Shown here: piece by piece, positions 48,229 to 62,253 of the stretch
Layout: every line of letters begins with the position of its first letter
Numbering within the stretch: position 1 is the first letter of the stretch
Source of the DNA: Balamuthia mandrillaris
Lineage: Eukaryota
Direction: 5' to 3'
NCBI GenBank assembly: GCA_031835245.2
Contig: JAVKOQ020000094.1
Span: 1-64,000, forward strand
Length of the DNA stretch: 64,000 bases
Translations under genes and position numbers: made by a program
The notes under the pieces: model-generated
Told to the model about the DNA's origin: nothing
Seen by the model: only the letters and a program-made list of their open reading frames with translations
Databases searched by the model: none

Positions 48229-51200
48229 TTACCAGAAAGCTCTCCAGCCTTCATAAGCCTGGCAAAGATTTTCAACGGAGGTAGCTTCAAAGACCAACCG
48301 CTGGACCTGCTGAGCAACGTCCAAGGGCTTGGCAGTCCCAAAGTCTTTGCCCTTTAGCTTGGCGGAGATGCGGTTCACCACGTCCAGCGCTCTCTTGTTG
48401 AGGCCCTCCTCGTTTTGTTGTGCCACTTTCTCAGGAGCCACTAAACTGAGGTAGGATGCCCTCACCGGCAGATCACCCACCTCATCTTCTGCAACAACAG
48501 CTATCAATCAAACAATAGAAATGGGTTGGTTAGTGGAAGAAAGGCGAGGATGAATGGTACAGGCAACACTCACCTGCAAGGCTTGCATTACGGCCTCGTG
48601 TACCGTCAGGAGGACGTGCTACCTCCTCTGCATTCTTCTCTGGGTGCAATAACCGCCAGTTGATGAGGGGGTCGTATACAAATGCTTCCAGGACAGCCAT
48701 TACGCTCTCCTTGTGTTCTCGTAACACTCTCATTACACTTTCACATGTGAACCGGAAGTTGCCCTCAATACCACTAACCTCCATGGCATTAACTAACATC
48801 CTAGTCAATCTGAAGGGCACTTTCTCGGGGAGTTTATCTCTTGTCATTGCCACCTTGAGAGTTACAGTTCAAAAGCGTTTGGCTTACAGAAGAAAGCGAA
48901 CAATACACAGAGAGATAGAGTGGGGTTTTCGTACCTCAAAACAATCACCAAAGTCAATGTGTGTGATTTTGCCAGTGTGCCTGTCAAGCATAATGTTGCT
49001 CGGGTGGCGATCTCCCAGGCCCAGCACATAACCCACCATGGACATCACTGCCAGTGAGCGAGTAAAGTTGGTCCTCCTTTCCAACCACATCTAGATGGAC
49101 AGATTGTTTTAAAACGAAATAATCGAACGAACCAAAGCGACACAACAAACCTCTGCATTGGGACTCTTCAGCCATAGAACCTGATTCAAGTCTTTCCCTT
49201 CAGTTTTGCTGAGAGCATTCTCGAAAACCTCTACTTTTTGCATCAATGCCAACTTGAAATAGTCAGCGTTCAAGGCTGCCAGCTTCATGCCGGCCTTCCA
49301 GTTAGAGGCCATCAAAAGGAGAGCATGGTATTCAGCGTCGGTAGGGATGTTCTTGGCCTTGCGGTAATCCACAATGAGAGTGTTAAGAGTGTCATGATTG
49401 GGGACCCATTCGATAAGGCCAGAATGAGGCGACAGTGGAATGATGGCGTAGCGTTTAATACTAAGATGCCTTGAGGCTGTCTCCCGATCGTTTGCAAGTA
49501 GAGTATTAATAAGACTAAACAATTGCATCACCCGTTCGTCCTGTCGTAGATCTTCATGACCTACAACCACAAAAGGACATACATCAGTGGATGAGTGAGA
49601 GGTCGATAGATGGTGATGATTATGCTGGGCCAAGGCAATGCACCTTTCAGAAGGAACGGATATTCTTTGCCATCACTCCCAAGGATGCTAACCCTTCTTG
49701 GTCGCTGCTTTGACTTGATAATATTGAGCTTGGGCAAGAACGACTGAATGGTTACTACACTTGAGCCTTGACCATAGGTACCTGGTACAGCTAATTCCAC
49801 ATCTCTAACACCAAGCAGTTTCGGAGAGGCCGCAGACAGGTGAAGAGTTGTTATCTGTGGGAGTTGTGTTTTGAGGCTAAGGAATACGCGACAGTAGAGG
49901 TCCCATGCCTGACTCAGGTCGCCATGATTGCGGCTGGTTTGATACAGTGTGCACCATTCCTCCGCTTCTCTAAGTTCCCTACCAAAAGCTTGCAGGAATG
50001 CAACTTCAGCTGGAGTTTCAGCACCCTAACGGTTATCACAAGAAGGCGGTAAAGAAAAAGAGAGGTCAGAAAGAAGCACATGGTGTGAGAAGAACTGGAT
50101 AAAAAGTACCCTCCGTAACTCAGCATGAAGTGACTGAAGGAGTTGCAGCATTGGTTCCAACCCTTCCTTATTGTTAACTGAATAAACACTCCACGCCTGT
50201 TGCAGAGACTCGTGCCACAGGTCGTACCACGGAATTGCTACTCTGATAAGTTCTTTACTGACCAATAGGGCAGCCTCTACAAGACCTTCACCGTGAACTC
50301 TCATTGTTTCTAGCACCCTATTGGCAGCATTGGCCCGCGATTGAGACTCTGATTTTGCAGCAACACTAAGCGGAAATACCAGCGCCTGTGGATGTCTCTC
50401 TCCCAAATCCGACAATAACTGAGATATCATGCTTGCCACCTTGGCTTTTGGTGAATCTATTCTTGCTATCAGCTGACCAATGAGTTAGTAGGGCAGAGAG
50501 GAAGGAGGAGGGAGGGAGAGAAGGGCTAGAGCAGAAAGAAGCCGGCGGTGCAGTACAAGGAGAAGCAGAGGAAGAGAAGAAGGAGAGGGAGAATGAAAGA
50601 ATACCTGAGGAATGACTTGTAGCCAATTGTCAATATTGACCATGCCAAATCCTTCCAGCAATGCCTCTTCCACCTCTCTAATCTCTCCGTACCGAAACCA
50701 AAGATTAAGCAAACGGAGAGTGTCTTGCAAACTATTTCCTTTAGGGGCAAGAGAAAGAGAACGGAAAAAGCCGCGCACCGCTGGTATTATGAAATCCAAC
50801 AGCGCTTCTGCAGATAGAACGGGTCGGCTGACGATAGGTGTAGCAAGCCTAACAGACACAGTAGATCCCATTCGTTGTTTAGATCTCAGGCAGTCATCGC
50901 CCAGGGCTCCACTCAGCTTCTCGTTGTTAGAAACAACTTCAAAGTTACACAGAGCCCATGCATGCCATGCCTTGTACCAGTTCTTGTCGTATTCAGTGGC
51001 AGCCTTAAAGGATGCCAGGACGCTAGGTATTGATTTCTGTGTACCATCATTCAATGTCAGTTGGGATTGCAACGGCGAGAAGGAAGTGGGAGACTACCTC
51101 GGAAAGAGAATCATTGAGTTCAGTTTCCCAAAGGCCGAGGGTAAGATGGCATCTGGCCAACAATTTGGTGTCTTGGATCTTGTTGGATTGAATAAAGTTT

Positions 51201-54200
51201 CTCAGACTGGAAAACGAGGAGGTGCGCTGGCCCATGTCCCATTGATGTTTCATAAATACGAAAGCAAGAACGGGGAAGTTCTCGCATTGCTCAACGGAAA
51301 GGCCAGAATGATTGCACGCCTGTGTCTCACAGTAAGCACCTAGTGTTGCTAATGGTGACCTTCCCGATTCGGACCTGGATCTCGCCCCTCCTATCTGCAA
51401 CTGTTGAGAGGTGAGAGTGGAGAACCGCCGTTCCCTACCCTCCACTGAAGCATCAACGGAAGGTTTCCTCATAGAAGTAAAGCCGGCAGGGATGGCTACA
51501 CTGCCTCTCGAGTCCCCTAGTAAAGGTCTTCTCCTCCCGGCGGTGCAACCCTCCGATCCCTCATCCACTGATGTTCCTGCTGCTGTTCCATCGCCAGCAC
51601 CTCCGGCATCATTATCAACGCAATTAACCAGCTTTCTTTGTTGTGATAACTCTGTACCAGCACCAGCAACAACCACCACCGATAAACAAACACCAAACAA
51701 ATTATAAGATTGGAAGCAGAACTATTAGAAGAAGGAAGAGAACGGATCAGTAAGAGCGTACGTTGCGAGAGCACTTCAAGAATCTTTTGAGATAGCCGCA
51801 TGTGGCCTTTCTTCCGGTGAAGGGAAGCTAGCTTGATCCAGTTGTCCATGTCTTCAACAGGAGAAAGAACCAAAGAACGCACAACCAATACATCATGCCA
51901 CACATCTACAGCCCTTCTCATACCATAAAGCCTCTTGTTCCAAATGGACACAATGGCTTTGCGGCGCTCCAAACCGAAGGCCTCCTCTTGTTGTAAATAG
52001 GTTTGCTTGTATTCAAGTATTTCTTCCATTTCGGCCAATTGCTGCACCTTGACCTACAGTGGGAAGATGAGCAAGCGGTCACTTAAAGGCTACTGTAGAC
52101 ATGAAGGGTCACGGAAAAGGAGGAGGAGGGGGTACCAGAAGCCTATATGCCCTATTGTAGCTCTCAGCAACCAAAGCTCGCAACTCAATATCAACCAGAT
52201 CTCTGGTACTATCGATGTACATCTGAGCAATAGCATAGTTGTTATCATGGATTGCAAGGACAGCGCGATAAAAGGCGCCATCCATGCTGTCCTCTGGCAT
52301 GAACGCCACATAATCCTTCATTTTGAGCCATTGGCCAAGGTTCCAGGCCGCACCTGCCAACAAAGGCGCTATCTTTCTTTTGCAGTGCAGCACATCTAAA
52401 TCTCGTTCCTCTCTATTTTGGTTGGACCTCTGCGTTTTTGGCACAGCAATCCCCTTCGGGGGAGGCGCAGCTTCAGTGCCCGTTGCGTCTTGTTCCTTAG
52501 AAGAATTTGCTTCAATAGCATCACTGCTACCGTCACCAATGCTGAGGGCAAGGGTTGACCGTTTCTGCGGCACCGAAAATGAGGCTGATAATCGGTTTTT
52601 AGCCACACTACCCTCCTGTTGTTGCTGCTGCGGCGGTATTCCACCAGAAAAGGAAGAAGAGGAGGATGGCATGGATCTACGAGCAGTTTGAGGGGATGCA
52701 GCCACTCGCCAGGAGGAGGATAGACTCAACAGGGCGGTTGGCGGCGGTGGTAGCGGTGGTGGCTTCCATATTTTCTCGGAGAGCTTTGTCAGGCTGTCCC
52801 ACTCTGCCAATGCATTGAGGCATCGCATGCGTCCTATCAACAGCTCCATGTTCTGATGGATTAAAAGTCACACAAATAAGTAAACCCACAAATGAAAGTT
52901 CTTGCAAGAATGCGGTGATGGGGTGGGCTAGAGGGCTACAGAAACACCCATCCACTTCCCACAACACACTCCGACATTTAAATTACCTGTAACTTAAACA
53001 GTCTATTTGTTTGAGGCCACATAAGCAGCAGTAAAGGGTCGATGAGCGAAGAAAATGAGCAAGTGGATGGGACAGACGTACCTTTGGATTTCCGCGTACT
53101 TCAGGTCCTCTTCTCTCTGGCGGTCGTGATGACTTAGACGCCACCGCTTGGTCATTGCCTCTTTTGCTGCTTTTTTCTCAGCCTTGAGTTGTTCTTCCTT
53201 CTCTTCATAGATGTGGAGGGCTGTGTCCCAATCCTGAAGCTTTTCATACCAGCTTTCTTTGACTTCAATGGACAGCTGTTCCCGGAGATAGTTCAGCACA
53301 CCAACTGCAGCGCTTGGTAGGTCCAACTTGTAGTTAATGCTAATTAGAGCCTCGCACACCGATCCGATTTCACTCGAATTCATCTTGTCGGACGTTCCTC
53401 CTGTTGATTGAGCATCATCTCTGGTGCTGCCATCACCACAACCTTCACCCACAGCAGTGTTCGATGAAGCAGCAGAATCCGACTGTTCAGCAGCACCAGC
53501 AGACGCACCAACCAGTTTGTATTTGTGAAGGTGACTTGGAGCACCTTCGCTCCTATTACGTTGGTGACGATGATGTTGCTGATGAGTGTTGGCAGCGCCA
53601 TTAACCGGCGTATAGCAGAAGCTGAGATGGCGGAGATGAATGGAGGGGCCAAGCTCTTGAGCACAAGCCGCCTCGAATTCAACTTCCTGATAGTGAAGTG
53701 CCTTCGCCCATGCGGCACACTTCTCAGCAATACCGCCGAGGGTCTTGACAGGGATGGGGAGAGATTGCACGGTGCAATCTCTCTCGATGAACTCAGCTAG
53801 ATTCAACAACACTTGCAGTATTTCGTTGGGCATGCTAGGAGAGTTCAACGCATTATCCATGTAGTAGGTGAATTGATCCCTATATTGAGGGGACAGCTCT
53901 CTCCAACAGGCCACAAATGCTGCGTTGAATAGCTCTCTGGCCAACGGGTGATATAACTGTTGTCAATCACAGAGTCAGTAACAAGAGACCTACACGACAT
54001 ACAATGACATATGTAATACAATGTGTTGTGAAGCGGCGGCCTATACATACTTGAGCAAGCGAGAGGCAATGCCGCAAGGAGGGCGAAGGAGATTCTTTGA
54101 GCAGACCAATAGAAAGGCGGCGAATCCAATCCTCCCAGTCGTCCTTCGTAGTTCTCTGGTCGGTCTTCCACACATCTCGCAAATTTACTTCATTTAGTTT

Positions 54201-57200
54201 TAACTTTTTTTGAGATGCAGCACCTGATTGTTGGTCCGTGGGAGATGTGCTATCATCTGCTCCAGTATCATTTGCGGAGGCGATAGCATTGCTCGGAGCA
54301 TCTCTAGCAGAAAGGTTGTCGGCGGAAGGCGCAGAGTCACTTTGCAGTGGGACGGAATCATCTTCCAGAGGTTGATTCTTGAGGAGGCGAGAGACTAGCG
54401 TTTCGTAGCGTGAGTGATGGATCTTCTCCTTGGTTATTATCTTGTTGATTTTAGGGATGAAAATGGCAAAGTCTGCCTCCAGCTGGAGGATGAGGCTACA
54501 CAGGGTGTCCATAATTGCAGCACGCAACGAATGAAAGAGAACGTCCCCGTCCTTTTCTTTGCTGCCAGTCAAGGACGAAGTGACCCCTTTATATTTCGTC
54601 CTGATGGTTCTTTGGTTGCCAAGTTGAGGGGAAGCAGTGGAGGAGGAAGAGGAAGAAGAGGGAGACAAGGAGGAAGAGGTCGAAGCAGCGTTGACTTGGG
54701 TTGATGAAGCGCTGCTACTCGTCCCAGAGTTTAAATGGGACAAAGAAGAGGACATGAAGTAGCTCTGCGGAAGCTCGAGTGTGTGAGTCAAAGGGTGGAT
54801 GATGCGAGAGGCAAATTGGTTTAAGCACACACTGTGGTTGAACTGGCTGCATAAGCTTCCCAATGTCTGAATAGCAGATATTTGAGCAGTGATAGGAAGC
54901 TTCATCTGCTCGTTTTCGAAGAGTTTAACCACTGCCGGTATGACCAAATGCAAATACTCTTCCAAGTTTTTGCCAATAGCCTCGAGGCAATGTAGAACAG
55001 AGTCGATCCGCGTCAAGCCGAACCCACTCCAAGCTGTTGGGCTGACAGTAGGAGTAGAAGGGCCTGTTGCGGTAGGATGTTAGCACCAGCGTATTGTTGG
55101 GAAGAGTTTGGTTAGAACAAATAAGAATAAGAATAAGAATAATAATCATAAAAATAAAGAGGAGAGATAGCTATGCCAATAGAACCTTGGGAAGTGTCGC
55201 TGGTTGTACTGCCAGCTGGAGGCGTGGAGAGGCTGGCCAGACCAAGTGAGGCAACCTTGCCTACCGATGACATGGACGGCAACTTCAGCAGATAATCGCG
55301 ACTGTGGTGTGGGGTGTGTTTCTTCGGGGCATGGAGACCAGAGTGATCGCTAGTGGCCGTGACGTTGTCCATCACGATGCCGTCGCCGCTGTAGCGGCAG
55401 TCGTAATAAAGGACAGAGAGCATATGCGGGATCAGCTCTGGGAGATAGGTTTTGAATTCCTCGTCCAGGGCCACTGCTACTTCCTCCATGAGAACAATGA
55501 TTTGAAAGAACAATGGAGTATTCCAATATTCGTTGATGAGAGCGAACATATCCGAAAGATGGTTTCTGGCATGATGCTTGGCCAACCGCACCACCAGCGC
55601 TAACTCTTGAAATAAGTATTCCTGTGATAACGCGGAGAGAAGTAGATAGCAAAGGATGAATACACCTTCCTGACAAGAAAAGAATACAACACCAAGAGAA
55701 ATATCGTACATAAAACTCGTAGTCATCGTATTGCTCCGGTTGAGGAGCTTCTGATTGAGGTAAAGGAGAAGACGCCCCAAGAGTAACATAACTTCTTGCA
55801 CGAGAAGTGGCAGAAGGTGGCGGGGAGGATCCCCCCTGGGTGGTGAAGGTGCTTCCCCACCCGTTACTAATTCTTTCTGCCAGCAAGTGTTTCTTCCTGA
55901 GCCTCAGGATTTCGAAAAAGGCCTTCAGAATGTCTGAAAGAAAAGGATGAGCGGTCTCTGCGTCCGTTCCTTTGATCATTCTCATGAATGTCCCAATAAT
56001 CCCTTTGTGAAGGGAATGCAAGGAAGGGTTTTTAATCATCTTGAGTAACACGTTGATGCAAAGCGCCAGGTAGTAGCTTTCCGAGTCGGTGTTATCTACG
56101 ATAGTAAAGTGTGTTGGTCTGCGGTCTGATGACGTTTTGTTTCTCTTGTGTGTCGCAGGACCAGCGGCCTTGGAATTGTTGCTTTGTTTGCCGCTGTCCT
56201 TGCTTTGCTGTTCGTGGACGTGCTGCATTTCCAAGTTCTTCCTCAGCAAGCCAAGCTGGTTCATGCCGTGCCTATACGTGTCGAGCGCACCTAGAATGCC
56301 AAGAACCTTTACTACCTCCTTCCGTAGAACCGGAACCTGCTCTACCTTCACTGCGTTCAACAACATATCCATAAGCTGAGGGTAATCCAAGAAGGGTTCA
56401 ATGACATAGCCTGTATTTCGCACAATGTAACCTGCGTGGTGATACCGTTAGCGAAACGGATTTAAAGAAAATTCTCTGCTTAGCCATCTCCCATCTATTC
56501 TTGATGAGCATGGACTTACCCAATGTACGCAATGCTACCTCTCGCTTAGATACTGAACTTTGGCATTGTAACGTATCAATGATTAGTGGTAGAAGCTGGT
56601 GAATGTGCGGAGCTACTGCGGCCCCATTGATGCGGGACAGTTCACCAAGTGTAGCCAACACTGAGGAAGTCACTCTAGAACTGTTGCTCTTAAGCTTTGG
56701 CAAAAGGGCTTCAATCAAAGAGTCCATGTATGGGCGCACCAGTGAGCCAGAAGCCCTCGCCAAATGGCCTATCAGCACTGCACTTTCCTCTTCTGTGCAA
56801 CTGTTGCCGCTGTAATCTATATTTTGTTGTTTAGAACTAGGATGATTTGGCAAGGCAGCAAGCAACTAGGAACAAGGAAACGGTACTTAGCCCAGTTATC
56901 AACTGAATCAGAATTTTGCGAAGAGCAGGCATGGCGTGAGCTGGATTATGCACAGTTACGCGACCGATGGTGGTGATTGCCAGTTCTCGTATCTATTGGA
57001 AGCTGCTGTCAAACACTATGAAGGTAACGGAACGTGGCTTACTATACCTCGAAGTTTTGGTCATTTAGCGCCACGAATAAAGATCGTAAGTTGATGGCGC
57101 TGGCCAAGTGGTGATCAAAATTAGGGCTGCTGAATGAAGATAAAACCGTTTTGCGAATGGCAGGACCTACCGGAGAATACAGAAGGATGAGTTGACATTG

Positions 57201-57777
57201 CTTCCGAACTAAGAAGTAAAAGCATCTAATGAACATTGATTACGTACTCGAGTCAGAGATACCAACAACCAACAGCTTTTCCACAACCTCGCCTATTGTG
57301 CTCCGGTGCACCTTATTTGCCTCCCCGTTCATTGAGGTAAGGAGTGATGAGCACGTTCGCACTGCATCGTGCCGTATATCCCTACAAAAGAGAAAAAACA
57401 TTTGTTAACTGCACATGAACGGTAGAGTGAGCCGTACTCATCGTCATCATCTAAATATCCAACAATAGTTTCTTGGAGAAACGCGGCCAAAATGCTAACA
57501 TCTAACTTAAAGGTAGCCATCGTTTGTAGGGCCAATCGGTTTAAAGCTTTCTTGTCCACATCTTTGTACAGTAATAGTGGTACCACTGACGAGGTAACTG
57601 CACCTTTGGTCCGCTCGCTAATCTTTGGATGCGCAAATGGTTTTCCAGCCAAAATCACCGACATGTGGTTCAGCAATCGCTCTTGGATCATCGGCAGCAA
57701 TCTTGGAACATTTTCGGCAATGGTTGATAACGTTTCTGTGACTAAAGGATCTAGACCCACTTGAGACAGCATCATCT

Positions 57778-57816
<39 letters not shown>

Positions 57817-59746
57817 GGTTAATAACAATGTGTTCAATAGAGATCAGTAGGTGGTATACCGATTAAATCGTGAATATGGTCGCTCAAAACAGAAGAATCT
57901 CCCAGCACTTCCACAAGCATACGGAGGCAAACCAGACTACCGGTACAATTATATCTGCTTTTAGGGTTGAGGGCCGCCTGTACCCGCTCTATAATAACTT
58001 TGAGGTAGGGTAGTAATTTGGTGGACACTATCTGCAATGTGGCAAAGAAAAATGAACATGTAAACCAATGGACAGAGAAATAACTCAAAAAAGAAAGTTA
58101 AGGAACCGGTGCAAGCTTCGAAATAGCAATAAATGCTAACTCCCTATCCTTCCTTCTGTCTTTTTGTGTCATAGCAAGCAAAAACTCGATAAAAGTATTG
58201 ATGTAGCCAGCAAGGAAGTGCTTGGTCGAGTATCCTGCTATATCTGGGAGCGTCGATATGACTGCTCTACGGATGTGCTTATCTTTTGAGTCTTTGTGTT
58301 TCATAAATGTGTCACAAACTTCTTCGTAACGGGCCTTCATGTACGCGCCAGTGTTGTTTAGAAGCTCAACTATTTTCATGAGAGAAAGGATAGATGAGCG
58401 AAGCTTTCGGAAGTGGTACCAATTGGAGAATACTAACCAAGAGTTAACAAAGAGCCATGTATATGTGCATTGTTTCCCGACTCTAAACCCTGCAGTTCAA
58501 ACAAATGTTCACCAAATTTGTTTCTTTTTTCACCACAATCAACAATGGAGAAGATGAACCTTGTGTGCTTCCCTAATGATCTTATGGTACCATGCTAGAC
58601 TCGACCTGTTTTCCCGCTCTGCAATCAGCACTAAAGCTGCACGCAACGCAGCTGCTGACACTACAGAGCATTGATTCGCTTCAATATTAGCATTCATTGC
58701 AGTACTTAGCTGAGAATGTTGAAAAATAGAATAGAACTCTTACCAAGACGAATGGTAGGGATAGCGTCGTTAATGACCAACGACACTACTTGGAAAAAGG
58801 ACTCCACATGAACGTAAAACAAAGTGGGAACGTGCTCTGCAAGTTCCTTCAGCACTAAAACGGCAGCATGGCGTCTATGCTCGTGTTTGTTTTCAATCCA
58901 CCGTAGGGCATTCTTGATTTCGTAATCCACAAAAATGGCCATGACAGAGCTGCTAGCCTGGGCAAGCCTACCTGCATGATGCCAAGCCACAACAACGTTG
59001 TGCTTAGTAATGCGTAAAGGTTTGAACCCAAAGGTGCTGAGGCACTATACCCAGAGTTGTAGCAGCCAATTGAAGGACAGGCTGATCGCTGGACTGCAGT
59101 GCAATAGTGAGGCAGTTGGCTAACTGGGTGGGGTTGGCCTGTTCATGATGCTCCATTTCAATTATCAAGCCTATTCAATATTGTTGTGGTTGTTGAAGTC
59201 AGTATAACACGTCAGAAAAAATTCATTCATTTGTGAGCGAAACGCCAGAGAGAAAGCAAGCAAGAGAACGACTAAGAGAAGAGAACGACAAAGAGAGATG
59301 GAAGAGGTGGAGGAAGGGCTCAAAACTTATTGTCATGAGAGCCCCAAGTTTGTCCAGGGTGGGCGCATTGCTAAGGCGATCCTTGGCGGTAGCTACCAGT
59401 TCATTCAAGAAGCGGGCAAAGTATTCAGGCTGCAGCTCACGAGCTTGGGCGGTAATCTACAACAAACGAAATGAGGATAAAGAAAAAAGAAGAATGAAGT
59501 TATTGCCAAAGACGCTATACGCACATATTCTTTAAAATTTTCCTTGGCCTTCTCTTTGTCCTCCCTGCCGTATTCAATGAAAGAACAAGCCGATTATGAA
59601 CAAACACGCACCAGAATCAGAGCAAAAAGAGGGGCAAGCACAAAACACAAGAAGGGTTAGAGTAGTTACGTGTGAGAAAGGTTATCCAAAACGGCGAACA
59701 GCCCTTCACTCCAAAGGTGATAACTCTTTCCTTTTGACTTATCCAT
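48229..59746 (-). CDS. TOR: TOR (target of rapamycin) PIKK kinase, divergent
   Basis: HEAT region ([27 protein letters not shown]), FAT ([29 protein letters not shown]), FRB, kinase ([47 protein letters not shown]) and FATC ([14 protein letters not shown]). Confidence 0.97.
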
Positions 59747-60765
59747 GTTTTAGCAGGAAAGCAAAGGAGAGATTCCACCTGCTGCTTGGCAGTTCCCGCC
59801 TGCCAACACAGTACAGCGTTATGGGAAGCAAGGTCAGCTCCTTCAGTGCCTCAAAGTGATTCAGCAGAAAAGGCAACAGACCGAAAGAGAGAGACCGGAC
59901 TGCTGCTGGTTCGTTCTTTTGTTGAAGCGCTCAAGGAGGGGCTTGGGGGCGCCTCTTCGTCGTTTTTTCCTTTTTTACGCGCTAATAGGGTTAGTTAGAA
60001 CCGTATCGCTACATTTTGGCAACCCTTACCACCCTTCTTCGCCCTTCTCCTCCCTGTCCCCCACCCCTCCCACCACTAAAGCGAAGCAGTCGACAGAAAT
60101 TGCCACCAGCCAAAATAGCAGAGAAGGCAAAATGTTGTCCTTTTTTTTCCCCACCAAATTTTGCTGCGTGGCGCCGCTTTACCTCCCTCCCTCTTCCTCT
60201 TCTGTCACCATCATCCTCCTCCTTATCATCGTCATCATTATATTATTATCAGGAAGAAATGCACAAAATGAGAATAAAAAGGGGAGGAAGCCCCAGCGGA
60301 TGTACTTACTGCTGAGAGTGGCGACGAAGCACAAGAATTGAAGTGGAGAACTGGTGCTGCTTTGTTGGCAGCTCTTTGTTTGTATGCATGCATGTGAAAG
60401 CAGCTCACCTGCACCTCATTCCTCTATTCGCCGTAGCACAGTAGCAGCAACAAACATTGTTGGCATCATTAAGGGCAGCATTTGCGGAAGGACAAGTGTA
60501 CTTACCTTACTGTGCTCGCGTTCCATGCTTGAAGCTCCATGTGCCATGCTGATCCTCTTTCCACATTTATTCTCTACGCTTTTCTTCCTCTCCTTTCTCT
60601 CTCTCTCTCTCTCTCCTCTCTCTCCTCTCTCTCTCCTCTTTCCATCTGTACATGAACATGATACAAAACTAGGCTGCTGCATGGAAGAAAGATCCAAAAC
60701 AAAAAGTTCGTAAGCATGAAAGATGGAGCGATAATGGAAGGAATCGGAAGAAGTTTGCACTTGCC

Positions 60766-61737
60766 TTAATCTTGTTTGGGTGGTTGGTGCTGCTGCCGCC
60801 GACCAGAGAGGCTACCACAAAGGAAGGAAAGGCCAAAGACGAACAAAGCCAGCAAAAGGGTAGCCCCCAATATGAAGAGAAGGCTGTCAAGTTGGCCAGG
60901 TGGCTTGTCCTCTGCCTCAAGGAGGTGAGCCGACAAAACATACCATTGTGTGTGGTCAGGGCCGGGTAGAGATAGGCCTCGTAGCATGCCCTCTAACAGC
61001 AGCCGGTAAAAGTGAAGGAAGGTCTCGGTGCTGGTCTCCACCTTCACCTCGTACACGAACCAGTCCCTAAGGATAGGTTCCTTGGAGGTGGTACTGCTGC
61101 CAGTGCTGCTTCCGCTGCGGCTGTCACGGGAAGGGAACCTGGAGGTGACCTTGCGCCGTGTTGGCTGGTCCATCACGTGCACAAACGTGCCACTGCGTCC
61201 TCCTTCTTGCCGCGGTGGTTGTGGGGAGGGCTCCGACAGAACGCCTGCCAAGAGGTGGCTTATGACCTGCTGTAGCTCTCTTTTGTCTTCGCTCATGTCT
61301 TTGACGGCCTCTTGCTGCTCCTCCTCCCGTACTTCCCGCTTCAACGTTAGTTTCCACTGGAGCTTTGTGGTGGTGGGCTCCACCATGGCCAGCACGCTCT
61401 CCTTTATCACCGTCATCTCCGATTCCCCTCCTCTTGGAGAGCCCGTACCACCACTGGTGGAGGCAGAAGAAGTGGTTGCAACCACAGCGCCCGCCAGATC
61501 GTTGTCCGTTGCAGTGGCCGGCAGTTGCAGCAGCCCCTTATTGACGTTTGAGCCCTCCTCTTTGCCCCATAGTGCCACCGCCAGCGCTGCTGCTACCAAC
61601 ACAGCCCCTACCACGAGCGGGCGCCACCTTATCCGGTGCAATGCCCCTCTTGTCGCCATACGTGCTTCTCTCCTGGCTGTTTGCTTGGTAGTAGTGGTGG
61701 GGGTGGGGTTAGGTGGCCTATTCTCCCCCTTCTCCAT
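60766..61737 (-). CDS. Hypothetical membrane protein with N- and C-terminal TM helices
   Basis: 323-aa ORF with hydrophobic segments LVVGAVLVAAALAVALW and LLFILGATLLLALFVFGLSFL. There is a probable in-frame 60-nt GTATGT...CAG intron near 60884-60943. Confidence 0.6.
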   Translation of the reverse strand: MEKGENRPPNPTPTTTTKQTARREARMATRGALHRIRWRPLVVGAVLVAAALAVALWGKEEGSNVNKGLLQLPATATDNDLAGAVVATTSSASTSGGTGSPRGGESEMTVIKESVLAMVEPTTTKLQWKLTLKREVREEEQQEAVKDMSEDKRELQQVISHLLAGVLSEPSPQPPRQEGGRSGTFVHVMDQPTRRKVTSRFPSRDSRSGSSTGSSTTSKEPILRDWFVYEVKVETSTETFLHFYRLLLEGMLRGLSLPGPDHTQWYVLSAHLLEAEDKPPGQLDSLLFILGATLLLALFVFGLSFLCGSLSGRRQQHQPPKQD

Positions 61738-62253
61738 CTGATTTGGGTCCGCTCTTGAGGATGGTTGCTCTAATTGCTCTCTACGAATGGAACCACCAGT
61801 TTGGCGTTGTGGTTTTTTTTATTCACACAATGGAGAGTGCTACCGTTATCAATTATACCTGCAAACAACGCAGTTCCTCGTCCTCGTCGATTCCTTCTTT
61901 CTTTCCCCCCTTTCGTGCAGGATAGCTATATCTCTTTCTCGCTCTGGTTGGGGGATCGAACCCCAGTGCAACCCCCCCAATTCTTATTATTGTTTTTGTT
62001 TGTTGTTTTTGTTGTTTGTTGTTTTGTTTATATTTTTTTTTCAAAGGAAAACAACAAAACAACTTACGGGCTTTATTTTCGTTGTCCCACCACCTTAGAG
62101 CATACATTATGTACAAGCATAAAGGAAGATAAGTATAGCGGCATTCTTTGTGTTACAAGAGGGGAAGAGGGCGGCAAGCACCTCTGAGGTGATAAACGGA
62201 AGGAGACGAAGAAGCACGATGAAAAGGAGGAGTAAGCAGAGGTAACGGGACGG

